A DNA stretch of 64,000 nucleotides from Octopus sinensis (GCF_006345805.1 NC_043000.1:110050001-110114000), one strand, 5' to 3'; counted from the stretch's first letter, positions 1-12,990 are shown. Program-made: numbers and translations. Notes: generated by a model from the sequence alone, not told the origin.

Positions 1-1614
1 AAAAAAGGGACAAGAAAATACAAGGATGGGTCATTCATAGTTTCTTTCTTCAGTTGAGTTCCAGATTATCTTTGCAAATTTCAGCTGGTTATATACTTGA
101 GATTGCTCCAGTCTGGCCAGCTCCAAGGAAAAACTAAGCTAAGAGCACTAGATTCCTTGGAAAAAAAGCAGCAAATGTATACGAAAACAATATATATATA
201 TATGATGTACTTCTTTCAGTTGCTGTCTATCAAATCCACTCAAGGCTTTGGTCGACCCACAGCTATGATAGAAGACACTTGCTCAAGGTGCCACACAGTG
301 GGACTGAACTCAAAGCCACATGGCTGGAATGCTAACTTCTTGCCACATGGCTATGCCTGTGCCTGTATATGGTGCGCGTGTGCATGCATGCATGGATATA
401 TGTCTGTGTGTTTGTATCCCCTCGTCTTGACATCTAGTGGTAGTTGTAAAAAAGCGAATGCACTGTCATATAAGCAGTGTCCTTCCTTTACAATCTTCTG
501 GAAAAACATATCTGTCCATGGGAAACTATTACTTCACTTTGAAGCAACAGAAAATTGGCGACAATAAGGGCATTAGTCAGAGAAGATCTACAACAAATTC
601 TGTCTGAGCTATGCAAGTATAGAAAAGTGGATGTTAAAACAATGATGAATTTGGAGAATTGTGTGATTGGGTTAATTTCTAAAGAACTCAAAATCCTACC
701 AAGACGAATGAAATTGTAACAGAAGACACGAGTCAATTATGGAACTAAAGAGATACCTCTGCCCTTAAAGGCCCTTTAAAGTTTTGAGGTGGAAAAGAAT
801 TTTGAGATTTCAGGAGATATGTATGAACTTCTTACCGTAACAATATTTTGGGGGGAGGGGATGGGTACTGTCCCCCCCCCCACCAGCAATCTTACTAGAA
901 AAGAGAAGAGAAAAAAAGGAAATAATGCGTCTTAAGTTGAAACATTGACTTTTGACAATTCTTGTTTCAACCGAGGGTATTACTAACACCCAGCAGAGGA
1001 GATTTTGATGAAAACAGAAACTGTAACCGAAACATTAAGAGTCTAAGTGACACGTGTCTACGCAAAGTGTGGCCGGACAACATGGAGAGAGAGAGAGATG
1101 ACTTGTTTTTTTGTTTCCTTTACAAAAGTGAACAGCTAAAAATGCAGTGAACCAATGTGAAAGAGCGTCTATGTGGTCGTTTGCTTTAAATAAATAAACA
1201 GCAATGCTCTCTTAACCCTCTACTTGTCCGAAACAATTTCATAAGTTTGTCGTAAAGGTCCATGCTTGTTTTCAGACTTCTGGTCAGCTCCTGTTTCATG
1301 TCCACAGAAATATGAAGCTTTCCTCTCAGAAGTCCCGAGTTACTCCGTAGTTGAGAGAAAAAAATGGGAATGTGTATCAAGAATGATACATGGACAACGG
1401 GGAAAGATATATCCTGTGTGTCAGGAGACACGAGAGGCAAAGGTTTAAGCACACCCTACCGCCTTAAAAGGAAAAAAATGGACATGTTGGATTAAATAGC
1501 TCGAGGTATACTTATGTCCGAATAAAAAACGGAATACCAAGTGGATAACAATGGGACTGAACAACAACCAGTTCGGCCAGAGAGGAAAATTTATTAAAAA
1601 TAATATTCAGTAAC

Positions 1615-1972
1615 GCAGGAGTGGCTGTGTGGTAAGTAGCTTGCTAACCAACCACATGTTCCGGGTTCAGTCCCACTGCGTGGCATCTTCGGCAAATGTC
1701 TTCTGCTATAGCTCCGGGCTGACCAATGCCTTGTGAGTGGATTTGGTAGACGGAAACTGAAAGAAGCCTGTCGTATATATATATATATAGTGTGTTTGCT
1801 TGACAACCGATGCTGGTGTGTTTACGCCCCCGTCACTTAGCGGTTCGGCAAAATAGACCGATAGAATAAGTACTGGGCTTACAAAGAATAAGTCCCGGGG
1901 TCGATTTGCTCGACTAAAGGCGGTGCCCCAGCATGGCCGCAGTCAAATGACTGAAACAAGTAAAAGAGTAAA
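1615..1972 (+). mobile_element. tRNA-derived SINE, family A (near full length)
   Basis: Head gtggctgtgtggtaag...ccgggttcagtccc with A/B-box-like motifs, central (TA)n, tail catggccgcagtcaaatgactgaaacaagtaaaagag; many copies in the window. Confidence 0.85.
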
Positions 1973-2030
1973 ATGCGATAATATTTTATGCTTTGCATTA
2001 AAAGGATTATATTCGAAATAATTGACGGAG

Positions 2031-3317
2031 TTTTTATGAAAGAGACAGTTTAAAGACAACTTTCCAACCTCAGTAGTCACATAATAAATAAAATAAAACT
2101 GGAATTAGTCTGAAGTGTTTTATATGTTAGAATTCACTCCAAGAAACATGTCTCAAAGTCAGCTTTCTTGTTTATTTGTTTCTGCCTCTGTTGCTGTCTC
2201 TCTTCCAGTCTTGGGGACTCTGAATATAAAAGCCATAAGCGCTGTCTTTTTTCTGTTACTAAATGGTGAAAACAATAGCCAAAGTCCGTCATTGTAATGT
2301 TTTTAACCCCAGTGTTACATAAAAAAGAAAAATAATAATAATTCCATACTTTTAAATTGAATTACCTTCAAATGCTTCGCTTTAAGCAAACAGAACCGCG
2401 ACATGCATAATGAATGAGCGTTACTTAGTAACGAAGCCGGTGAATAATGTAAACAATTAACTGTTTAAACATTTCCGCTAACACCGAGGCATCGCTGTGT
2501 AACGAACAAGTCTTGATTCTTCCCGTCTTCCACAGAAACGTTTTCTTTCCACGTTAATTTGTTTGAGTTTACCAAAAATTTCTCTACTTAGAACTATTCA
2601 AGTTTTGTTGGTTTTTTTCCAAGTCGCTCACTACTGGTGCACCTGAGCACTGTATACAATAATTTCATTATTATTATAACTGAACTGACATGTGCAAACT
2701 ATTGGTTTCAAATTTTGGTACAGGGTCTGCTTGTTTTGTTACTTTTTGGTCATCTCCCCCAACTAAAATATTGTTTAACCGTCAATTTAAAAAAAGAAAG
2801 ATTAATAAACATGGAAAGTGAGAAAATTAAACGTTGAATCTGATGATATTTTTTATAATAAATCATACAAATCTGAAAAAGTTAATAAACATGAAAACTG
2901 AAAAAAATTAAACATCTTACTGAATCTAATAACATTTTTATAACAAATCATTCCATTCCTATTAAGAAGGCCAAAAGTCAACATTGTGTTGAAGTATTGA
3001 ATCAAAAGGATTAAACTCTTTTAATCCAATCTCTTGTCGCCACTCGATTTTTTAGTGGGGAGATAACCCAGTTTTTAATGGGGGTGAGATAAACAAAAAG
3101 TACCTTTATTTTGTCGACCCTGAAAGAATGAAAAGCAAAGTAGACCTTGGTGGAATTTGAATTCAGGAAGTCAAATCGGACGAAATGCATTTTTTATGAA
3201 AGAGAAAGTTTAGAGACAACTTTCCAACGTCAGTAGTCACACAATAAATAAAATAAAATTGGAATTAGTTTGAAGTGTTTTATATGTTAGAATTCACTCC
3301 AAGAAACATGTCTCAAA
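2031..3317 (+). repeat. 127-bp direct repeat (2031-2157 and 3191-3317)
   Basis: About 6 mismatches in 127 bp, 1160-bp offset. Confidence 0.9.
2636..2677 (+). mobile_element. CR1-type LINE extreme 3' end
   Basis: ggtgcacctgagcactgtatacaataatttcattattatta matches the tails of the two longer copies. Confidence 0.8.
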
Positions 3318-3822
3318 AAAGAAATTACCACTCGGAATCCTGGCTCCATTTAATATTTCCATAAATGATGGTATTTGATGGCATATAAGAAACACTTTTG
3401 TTTTGTGAAATATGTCTCAAGTCACCTTAGGTCCTATATGTGAAATAAAGCCTCTCATAAACTAACTTTGTCCCTGGTCTTGCTTCTTGAAATTCTTATG
3501 AGTCTACTATACCCGTGCATCTTTTATGCTATCAAATGCGGTCATCAAAATGTGAATGGAATTATACAGGAAGAACAAAAAATATCTTACCTGGTTACAA
3601 TACCTCAGATTTATTGAGAAGAAATGAGAGAGTAATGTTTATGGTTTCCCCATAGAAAAATTAACGTCCAATTTCATTTCCGGTTTCCACAATTTTCAGA
3701 GACATTTCATATACATTGCTCACCTGAATGCTAAAACATAACCAATAATTTCCTTAACATATCATTCTATGTTCAATACGTGGCACTCTTTACGGTGATG
3801 ATCACATTGCTATTGAATAAAT

Positions 3823-4250
3823 CCGACGTCTGGCAGCTGACTTGGCAGACACCCATAAAATTATCAACCATCGTACAAACAATAACTCTGAGCACCATTT
3901 CAAACTCCACCCATCTAACACCCGTGGACATATTTACAAAGTAAGAAAACAGCACAGCTCCCATGACTTCAGGGAACATTTTTTCACGCTGAGAGTTGCT
4001 GAAGCATGGAACAAACTGCCGGCATCAGTTGTTAGTTGTCGGAGCACTGCATCCTTCAAAACTTCCATGCTTCCTGAGATTCGCCAACACTACACTTGAT
4101 TTTCTCCCCTCCATACACACACAAGCATGTATCTGACTCATACATTGTTCGCTTTCCAGATATTTCTACATTACTGCATGTACTTTATATGCACTTTCTG
4201 ACAAGTTGTGGTGCATCTGAGCACTGTATACAATAATTTCATTATTATTA
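3823..4250 (+). mobile_element. 5'-truncated CR1-type LINE (ORF2 C-terminus, 3' UTR, (ATT)n tail)
   Basis: RRLAADLADTHKII...TRGHIYKVRK...FFTLRVAEAWNKLPASVV...FK matches the CR1-clade TRGH/FFS.RV...WN.LP pattern. Confidence 0.9.
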
Positions 4251-4451
4251 TTTTTTTTTTATGCTACAAAGTGATACACTGGATAATACTATGCTGTGAT
4301 GTTGCCTCACTGTGGCATACTCCCTCATCTCATGTTTGATGGTGAGTTTTGGTGTGTCATTAATAAGGCATGTTTTATCATGTTTGTTTAATAATCTGCT
4401 TTGATATAGAAATGTAGATAACAAGAGTTGATAAGAGAAGATGCACAAGTA

Positions 4452-4800
4452 GGCGTAGGAGTGGCTGTGTGGTAAGTAGCTTGCGTGGCACCTATAGTCT
4501 TCTACTATAGCCTCGGGTCAACCAAAGCCTTGTGAGTGGATTTGGTATACGGAAACTGAAAGAAGCCAGTCACATATATGTACATATATATATGTATGTC
4601 TGTGTCTGTGTTTGTCCCCCCAACATTGCTTGACAACCGATGCTGGTGTGTTTACGTCTCCGTAACTTAGCGGTTCGACAAAAGAGACCGATAGAATAAG
4701 TACTAGGCTTACAAAGAATAAGTCCTGGGGTTGGCTTGCTCGACTAATGGCGGTGCTCCAGCATGGCCACAGTCAAATGACTGAAACAAGTAAAAGAGTA
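4452..4800 (+). mobile_element. SINE family A, internally deleted head
   Basis: Similar to 1615-1972. Confidence 0.83.
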
Positions 4801-5423
4801 ATTGTAAGTTGTAGTATCTCAGCAAAAAGATATCCTCAGTCAATTCAATCAGCTGAAATCATGGTCATCATCATTTTTATGTCCAACGTTTCATTGCTGG
4901 TATGAATCGGACGAGAATTGCTGAGGCAACATTCTATGGCCAGATGACCTTCCTGGCACTGACCATTATTCTATAATTGTTGAATTTAGAGTGAAGTCAA
5001 TAAACTTGGTCATTCATTACTGCAAGAGAAAATTCCTGTGAAATGATGAATGACTGGTGAATGTTTTTCCATTGAATCACTTCAGTCACTCTTACTGTTT
5101 CTCAACTCCCAGTATTTACATCGCAGAACATGTAATTCCACTGGAATTCCCTCTTCTCCAGCATCCTCCCTGCACATCAGTTTGTGCCACAGACTCTGTT
5201 CCAAGCACTTCTGTTCACCATTCCATAGAAATCAGTAGAAATTCTTGACAACTCTCACTCACAATATTTGTCTTTAAATTCCAGAAGCTCAGCAAATATA
5301 TATCACCATCACCACAATCTAATTTCTGTTTCAGCAAGGCTTCTACAGCTGAATGCCCTTCCTAATGCCAACCATTTTACAGAATGTTGTGGTTGCTTTT
5401 TACATGGGACTAGCAGGGTCGGC

Positions 5424-5652
5424 TTAACCCTTTAATATTCAGAGTACTCTATCAAATTTAATGCTTTTTGATTCACACTGTTTTGAAGTAATCATGCATT
5501 ATCTTGTAGCTTTAAGATTTTAATGATGTGGTTGCTTATTTTTATAATGAGATTGTAGGGTAGGTGTGAGAGGCTGAATATGGCCAGTCTGAACATAAAA
5601 CAAGGTAGAATATTTGAGCCGGAAATGGCCGGTTTAAATACTAAAGGGTTAA
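5424..5652. mobile_element. piggyBac-type MITE
   Basis: TTAA|CCCTTTAATATT ... AATACTAAAGGG|TTAA; TTAA duplication with CCC/GGG termini. Confidence 0.8.
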
Positions 5653-6544
5653 GGTACCGGCAACTTTGGTAGTCACCTGGAACACCATGTCTACATTGTC
5701 AGTTTTTCTCCTTGTGAAAGTTTTAAAGTGCCAGTAACCCAAGGGCTCACCCTGGGTACCAACATTAGTGAGGCCACACACACAAAAACTGTAGTGAGAT
5801 GGACTTTATGAAATTACCAAATATTATTCTAAGAAATATTGTAGGAAGGAATCCAAAGAATGGATTTTAACCATGTAACACAGTTAATCAGTAAAAATCC
5901 TTTGTACTCTAGGCACAAGGACAGCAATTCAGGGGAGGGGGATAGTCAATTACATTGACCCCAGTACATAACTGGTACTCATTTTATCAACTCTGAAAGG
6001 ATGAAAGGCAAAGTCAACCTCAGCAGGAAACAGTTTATCAGTAATAGTAAACAGTAAGATACATTTTTGAGATGGATTACTCTGATAATTTGTATATTCT
6101 TTACCAAAATGTTCCTGCACTCAAAAGGGAATAATACTTGCTGCTCTTGTCTTGGAGAACAACTTTAACCCTATAGACTCTGCGAGTAAAAACATATCAA
6201 GCTTAAAATGATGTCAGTGGACTATCAGACACTGATGTTTCCATTTAATTTCACCTCTTCAGTTAAAGACACCAGCTCAGGACTTTGGAGCTAGGAAAGA
6301 ACTTTTGTTCTTATGCAGATACAGAAACCTACAAGCAAAACACTTGCTGATGTTTGCCAAACTGGAATTAATTCAGTAGAAATAAACAAAGCAGCAAGCA
6401 TTCAAATAATGATGTGTACATTTATTTTTAACATATTTCTGTGTGCTCTGACATGAAAATATTTTTGTCTCTGAGAACAACTTCCCCTTTAGACTTGGTG
6501 TCTGACGACATTTAGAGATTGAGTGTTACACAAAAAGTTTATGG

Positions 6545-6990
6545 GGGGGTGGAATCATCATCATCAGTTTCCCATGCTGGCAAGGGTTGGACGGTTTGAT
6601 CAGAGCTGGCAAGCTGTATCAGGCTCCAGTTGGATTTGGTATGGTTTCTACGGCTGGATGCTTCTATATGGCACCAACATGAATGCTTTTTATGTGGCAC
6701 TAGCCCAAGACTCTCGCAGGCTGATCCTTTTCATGGGGAGGGGAGGCTTAACACTTCTGTGGAGGATGGGTCGAGTACAGCAAGGTGCCAGTTATCTCGA
6801 TTCTTTGTCATCTCATCTAAAAGGTTCAGCGTCCTAAGGTGATGTTTCAGTACTTTGTCCCATGTCTTCCTGGGTCTCCCTCTTCCACATGTTCTATCTA
6901 CTTTGAAAGATTGGCACTGTCAGCATCCATCCACATCACATGACCAGACCAGCAGAGTCTTCTCTCTTGCACACTGCATCTAATTCCTTT
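6545..6990 (-). mobile_element. Degenerate RTE LINE 3' fragment
   Basis: Minus strand reads GIRCSVQERRLCWSGHVMWM...[15 protein letters not shown], followed by the family 3' end (ccaacccttgccagcatggga...gatgatga). Confidence 0.82.
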
Positions 6991-7126
6991 TCTAGAGAGA
7001 GAAAATGTTGAAGACAAAATCCAGCAGAGAATGGCCTTTACATTCAAGTGTGAAGCAATGTATACATTATTACTTTGATCCTCTGTTTCATGGGCTTATA
7101 GTGAACTATAATAATAATCCTTTCTG

Positions 7127-7330
7127 ATATAGGCACAAAGCCTGAAATTTGAGGGGAGGAGGAAAGTTGATTACATTGACCCCAGTGCATAACTGGTACT
7201 TATTTAATCAACCCTGAAAGGATGAGAGGCAAAGTCGACCTCGGTGGAATTTGAACTCAGAACATGGAGACAGACAAAATGCTTAGCAGCATTTTGTCCA
7301 GCATGCTAACAATTCTGCCAGTTTGCTGCC
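7127..7330 (-). mobile_element. SINE family B
   Basis: Reverse complement of family B; abuts the TTAA MITE at 7331. Confidence 0.82.
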
Positions 7331-7534
7331 TTAACCCTTTCGTTACCATATTCCTGTTAAGATGCTCTGTGTTTCTTTCAATTACTTTAAATAGAACAAA
7401 GAATTTAGTAAAATAAATTTAGTGTTAGGAACATAAATTGTGACTAAGGTTTGATGGAAGAATTTAATTCAAGACTTATGTAAACAAGACATTTGTACTC
7501 AGAGCCAGAGCAGGTTTGGTAACGAAAGGGTTAA
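7331..7534. mobile_element. piggyBac-type MITE
   Basis: TTAA|CCCTTTCGTTACCA ... TGGTAACGAAAGGG|TTAA; perfect 14-bp TIR. Confidence 0.85.
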
Positions 7535-7885
7535 TAATAATAAAGATAAATCAAATTATCCAAATTTTTATCTTCCACAATCATCTGCCTTATGTCTTAT
7601 TCTGTTTTTCTTGGTTCAAACTTTGAGGACCTAATCACACATATGCTTCCCTATGCTGGGTGTGAACTCAAAGTTTTGATTTCTAAGAGGTGTAAAAAAA
7701 ACATTCAGTTTAAAATGCTACTGAAGGAAGCATGTTGTAAGAGGTAACTAAGAGAGTTAGTGACAGGAAAAGTATCTTGCAGCAAAAGGACTGAGAGCCT
7801 TGCTTAAGAAATCAATGTTCATCATCTGATTTTACATATTCTCTGCAGTTCCTTATCCAAGGGTTCCATACACTTGATTACTTAC

Positions 7886-7899
7886 CTAAACTTCTGTAT
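7886..7899 (-). other. Candidate 14-nt microexon of an unidentified transcript
   Basis: gataacctcttttctgttcag|ATACAGAAGTTTAG|gtaagta; near-perfect acceptor and donor. Confidence 0.45.
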
Positions 7900-8271
7900 C
7901 TGAACAGAAAAGAGGTTATCAACAGGATCGTTTTTATGTTTACACGGTCTTTTGTGTTTTTCCATGCTGGCATGGGTTGGACGAGTCATCAGTGCAAATT
8001 TTCCATCGAATCTCTTTCTACTGCCAGTCCTTTCTTGTTTTCCTGTAAATTATCTTTTATTTTACTGGTCCTTAAAGTACATTTGTTTTACAGGGGAATG
8101 CAACAGCATCATCATCTTTGTGTAAATGATATTAATAAGGGCATCCAGAAGCCACAATCACACATGTCCACACAACATAATAGGTGCAGATGTGGCTGTG
8201 AGGTGAAGAAGTTTGCTTCACAACATGCTTTGGTTGAAGCAGAACATAAATGAAGAATGAGGACATATTAC

Positions 8272-8291
8272 TTTGCCTTGTCCCGTTCCAT
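8272..8291 (-). other. Candidate 20-nt microexon of an unidentified transcript
   Basis: ttttaatttaccttctacag|ATGGAACGGGACAAGGCAAA|gtaata. Confidence 0.35.
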
Positions 8292-8949
8292 CTGTAGAAG
8301 GTAAATTAAAATGTACGAGAGAATTTCTGACGTCACCTAGGTTTACTTCTTGTGTAAAAGCAGGTCATGTACGTGTGGTGTGACTTAATAACTATAAGGT
8401 ACCTGATTGCTTCTCTAAGGCATTTGGTACCTTGGGCCAGGTGTAGCAAACTCTATGTGCACTCAACACACAGATGTGTCTAGCACTAAGTCTGGTGATC
8501 AAAGAGAAGTCAAGGTTCTGTGGCTATTCAATATACAGTCCAGAGATTGTTGGCTCCCCCTGGAGTCTTGAATTCAGTCTCACTGCATTGGCACCTTGGG
8601 CGAGTGTGAACTACAGCTGTCAGGCTAGATTTGGTGGACCGCGTGTGTGTGTGTTTGTGTATTTAGGTCTCTTTGCCTTCACATCTTGTAACTGTTATAA
8701 ATGAATGCTATTCATTTCCAATATTCTGCAAAAACATGTCTGGTCGCAGGGAAATATCCCGTTGCTTGGAAACGGGTGAGAGTCAGTGGCAGGAAAGACA
8801 TCCAGTTGTAGAAAATGTGTCTTAACAAATTTCCTTCAACTTATGCAAGCATAGAAAAATGACATAACAACAAAGATGACGTGTGAATGATTCAAATATT
8901 ACAAAGCCATTAGCAAGGATTCAGCTTACGGCATTAGTAGAGAACATCT

Positions 8950-9177
8950 TATTTCTTTACTACCCACAAGGGGCTAAACATAGAGGGGACAAACAAGGAC
9001 AAAGTGATTAAGTCGATTATATCGACCCCAGTGCATAACTGGTACTTAATTTATTGACCCCGAAAGGATGACGGGCAAAGTCAACCTCGGTGGAATTTGA
9101 ACTCAGAATGTACAGACAGACGAAATACCACTTAGCATTTCACCCGGCGTGCTAATGTTTCTGCCAGATCGCCGCCT
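8950..9177 (-). mobile_element. SINE family B, alternative-tail variant
   Basis: Family B head and core with tail ...ccttgtgggtagtaaagaaata; same variant at 63551-63772. Confidence 0.85.
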
Positions 9178-9430
9178 TTGTATATAACATCTGGATAGAG
9201 TTTATTGAAGCAGATTTTCTACAGCTGGATGCCCTTCCTGTCACCAACAATTGCCGGTTTCCAATCACGGTATTATTTCTCCATGGCCAGACATGTTTTT
9301 TGCAGAATAATGGAAATGGATGACATTCATTTACAACATTCATGCAACGTCAAGACAAGGAGACACAAGCACACACATGCGATGGGCTTCTTTCAAATTC
9401 TGTTTACCACACAAACAATGCCACAAATCT

Positions 9431-9977
9431 TACCCAGGATATTAACTGTCTGGAAGCTGTTCAGCGACGTGCAACCAAGAGAATACCCTCCATCAGGCAT
9501 TTGCCATATTCTGAACGCCTTACTTCCCTGGGCATGGATACATTGAAACTGATGTCTGGCAGCTGACTTGGCAGACACCCATAAAATTATTAACAATCTT
9601 ACAAACAATAACTCTGAGTACCTTTTCAAACTCCACCTGTCTAACACCCGTGGACATGTTTACAAAGTCAGAAATCAGCACAGCTCCCATGACTTTAAGA
9701 AACATTTTTTCACGCCAAGAGTTGCTGGAGCATGTAACAATCTGCGGGCATCAGTTGTTAGTTGTCGGAGCACTGCATCCTTCAAAACCTCCATGCTTCC
9801 TGAGATTTGTCAACACTACACCTGATTTTCTCCCCTTCACACACACAAGCAAGCATGTATCTGACTCATACACTGTTCACTTCCCAGGCATTTGTATATT
9901 ACTGCATATGCTTTATACACACTTTTGACAAGTTGTGGGGCACCTGAGCACTGTATATAATAATTTCATTATTATTA
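9431..9977 (+). mobile_element. 5'-truncated CR1-type LINE, second copy with frameshift
   Basis: QDINCLEAVQRRATKRIPSIRHLPYSERL plus the same C-terminus and tail as 3823-4250. Confidence 0.9.
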
Positions 9978-10719
9978 CAGGAGCAGGGCTGACCAGCAAG
10001 TTACACAAAAGTAACAGTGCTCTCTATTGATCTGGCCCCCACCCTCAATATTGCCTTGAAGTGGAAGAAGGGTCTGTGTCAGATGAAGGGGAAAACTGGA
10101 ACAGCATTAAAGAAAAAAAAAAACAAGAATAGAAAAAGTAGAAAAAGGAAAATGAATCAAGAATTTACAGAGGGTTGATGAAAGAATATTTATAAAAGTA
10201 AAACTTAATTTTCACAATGTTATTTAAAAGACTTCCAGTCAAACATAACAAGAAAATTTTGTGTGTTTGTGTGTGGGGGGAGGGGTAGGAGGAGAGAATG
10301 GTGTTGGGTTGGATTTGTCACTTTTTTTTAAAAACAAAAATAAATTCTCAGAATAAAACAGAATTCTTGGGGAGAAAACAAGTGTTTTTACCAATATTTT
10401 TTGTGATAATATTGTTTATATAAATTTTATATATATGCATACATAAATATGAATTAGTGTATAACCAATAAACGTTTATAAATAATTTTAGACTGAGAAA
10501 GAACAATAAAGTCATCAAGCCATCTTGTGTGGGGCAAATATGGTATCATTAAATCCCCACTGACTTGGCACTGTTTTCTTGTGCAAATTAAGTATAGCAA
10601 GCAAAAGTTGCTCATCTCACCAGTAATCAAGAGGTAAATGGTTCTTTGTTCTTTTTCAACCTCAAATTAGCATTTACAAGTGTTTAGTGTTTAATATTAA
10701 AATCTTATGTTCATTTATT

Positions 10720-10890
10720 ACATATATATATATATACATACACATACATATATATAAATATACACACATGCATATATATATATACATTCATATATACACA
10801 TACACACACACACATATATATATATATACATACATATATACACATACACATATATATATACATACATATATACACATAGATATATATATG
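10720..10890. repeat. Compound (TA)n/(CA)n microsatellite
   Basis: Direct reading; one of many such tracts (also about 26026, 26168, 31706, 57495). Confidence 0.95.
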
Positions 10891-10952
10891 TTTGGCAATG
10901 CAAACAAAAAAAGGTAGAACTGAATGGATGAGTATATACTTTTTATCAATAT

Positions 10953-11258
10953 CTAGCGTAAATAACAGAGTGACTCAGAGTTTTGTGTTAGCCCTTATCA
11001 AACTAGTTACTACTCAAGGGGTTACAAAATTTATATACCAGTGACAATGGTATTTCCCTGGATAGTTCTGGAATAAATTATAAAAACATATCAAACGGCA
11101 ACACAGGAAAATTATGAATTATCCACATGGCATTCCAGAACTATCCAGGGGGAAAACCATTATTACCGGTACATAAATTTATAGCTTCTCCATTTGTGAC
11201 TAGTTTGACAAGTGTCAATGCATGAAATAGATCTGGAGTCACTCTGTTGCTTCTGCTA
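10953..11258. repeat. Foldback (inverted-repeat) element
   Basis: aacagagtgactc / gagtcactctgtt outer match; ccctggatagttctggaat / attccagaactatccaggg inner match. Confidence 0.8.
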
Positions 11259-11274
11259 AATGTGAATATATATA

Positions 11275-11557
11275 AAAACAATTTCAGCGTGGAAGGTGTT
11301 TATAAGCCATTTAAAAACACAAAATCCGTTAGATTCAGTTCAACATTTAAATTTAATTTGCCAAAACTTTTGTCACTTTGAGACCACTACCGGTTCACTG
11401 ACAAAATTCTGTGCTGCATCTCAATTTTGTCACTGAACAGGTCACGGTCTCAAAGCGATGAAAATATTTTGGCAAATTGAATTTAAATGTTGAAGTGAAT
11501 CTAACGGATTTTATGTTTTAAATGGGTTATAAACACCTTTCATGCTGCAATTGTTTT
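11275..11557. repeat. Foldback element, about 130-bp arms with a short loop
   Basis: aaaacaatttcagcgtggaaggtgtttataagccatt... pairs with ...aatgggttataaacacctttcatgctgcaattgtttt; centre gacaaaatt...aattttgtc. Confidence 0.85.
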
Positions 11558-11989
11558 CATTGCAGCACACGATCTCAGATCAGGTCATTTACTATGCAAG
11601 TACATCCCTGTAATTCTGAATATATATATATATATATGTATATACATGTGTACTATGTATTATATTTGTTTGGTTGTGATTAAATGACTGTGAAGTTTTA
11701 TTATGTAATATGAATATATCAATGTCTGTATACATTATGTTTAATTTGTCACACAAATCATGGAATGCGTATAAATGAAACAGCAGCTACTCCATTCCTT
11801 CCTTATATATTTGATGGTATGTAAACAGAAAAATGCTCATTGCAGCATCATGTTAGAAATGTGTCAGTCTTGTCTGATGCAAATAGGTTTATTGTTTTGG
11901 TAAGCCAGACAGGATTACACATCCCAGACCTAAAGAATTTGCAGACTCAACATTATTATGGCCAACAGTCGTCTCAATCTTGTACTCAC

Positions 11990-12059
11990 CTGTTAATGAC
12001 AACAGTCAACCATACAGGTGATTGCAGAAAATCCTTTTGAATTCCATTAACATGTAATC
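11990..12059 (-). other. Candidate 70-nt exon (GLHVNGIQKDFLQSPVWLTVVIN)
   Basis: atgtttgacag acceptor, AACAG|gtgagta donor, one open frame in unique sequence. Confidence 0.3.
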
Positions 12060-12665
12060 CTGTCAAACATATTTGAGATATATATGACCAGCCATTGAGT
12101 TACTTTGTAACACAATGGCTGAGAGTTGCGTGCACTGGCATTTAAATCCAGTTTCTCAGTTCAGTTTTCCTGCTTACCAAACATACTTTCTATATCACCT
12201 TTCTATAAAGTGATTCAAACTGGTAGTATATCTTGAAAAAAAACACAAATTCTTTCTTTTATCCATGATAAAAAAATTCCAAAGCATTACTAAGTCCACT
12301 CTGCTGAGTGGTTGGTGTTAGGAAGGGCATCCAACTGTAAAAATCCTGCCAAAACAGACACAGAAGCATGGTGCAGTCTTCTGCCAGGCCAGATTCTGTC
12401 AAGCTGTCCCACCCATGCCAGCTTGGAAGGCAGACGTTAAACAATGATGGTAATGATCTATATACATACCTATATGCCCTTCATTAATAATATATCACCT
12501 TTATTTCTATAGTACTGATTGTATCACTATAAGTCCTTTGTACTATTTTACTTGCTATCCCCTTCATTATAGACCTTTGTATCATTATTATACAATAACT
12601 CATAATAATTATTTCAGATTCTGATATATATATATATAGACATATATATATATATAAAATATAAA

Positions 12666-12990
12666 TTAGAGATAAAACCACTATTATGCAACTCATACCA
12701 AATTGAATTTTTCCCTGTAAGTTTGGAGTTCTACTCCCTAATATATATATATTACAACCTGGCTTCCGCTATTTTATTGTATAACCTCTTGTATGGTACC
12801 AGTGCCTCTGTTAATTATCATCCTCATATTAAACGTTTGTGTGGAATATTTCTGGATTTAAGTGACTGTTCGATTGTTAGCAAGTGCTTTTCTGTCAACT
12901 GGAGTGAGATTATTTTTGAAGGTGTAGTTTCTAACTTTGAATAAGTCTGTATGCTGTTTCAGATTGACACTTCTTGGGAGAGAGGAAGGA
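12666..12990 (-). mobile_element. Penelope-like retroelement remnant (tentative)
   Basis: Minus strand reads FKNNLTPVDRKALANNRTVT, like the NLT..ER.AL..L.....IVIK segment preceding Penelope RT; adjacent to the recurrent agagataaaaccactattatgcaac end. Confidence 0.4.

Noticed and set aside
97-567. 156-aa ORF and the many similar 60-130 aa ORFs in the track
   Set aside because: They overlap SINE, LINE-UTR or microsatellite sequence (YIYI, HTHT, IIII, SLSL runs) or are antisense shadows of real ZMYND8 exons (for example 35418..35768, 35889..36221, 26685..27059).
551-716. Plus-strand frame (IRALVREDLQQILSELCKYRKVDVK) faintly like IS200 TnpA
   Set aside because: No HUH motif or catalytic Tyr region, short and closed by a stop; similarity is at chance level.
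836-894. Treating this segment as a confident exon
   Set aside because: Splice signals are strong, but the G-run/C-run hairpin also resembles subterminal motifs of DNA transposons; kept only as part of the low-confidence microexon hypothesis.
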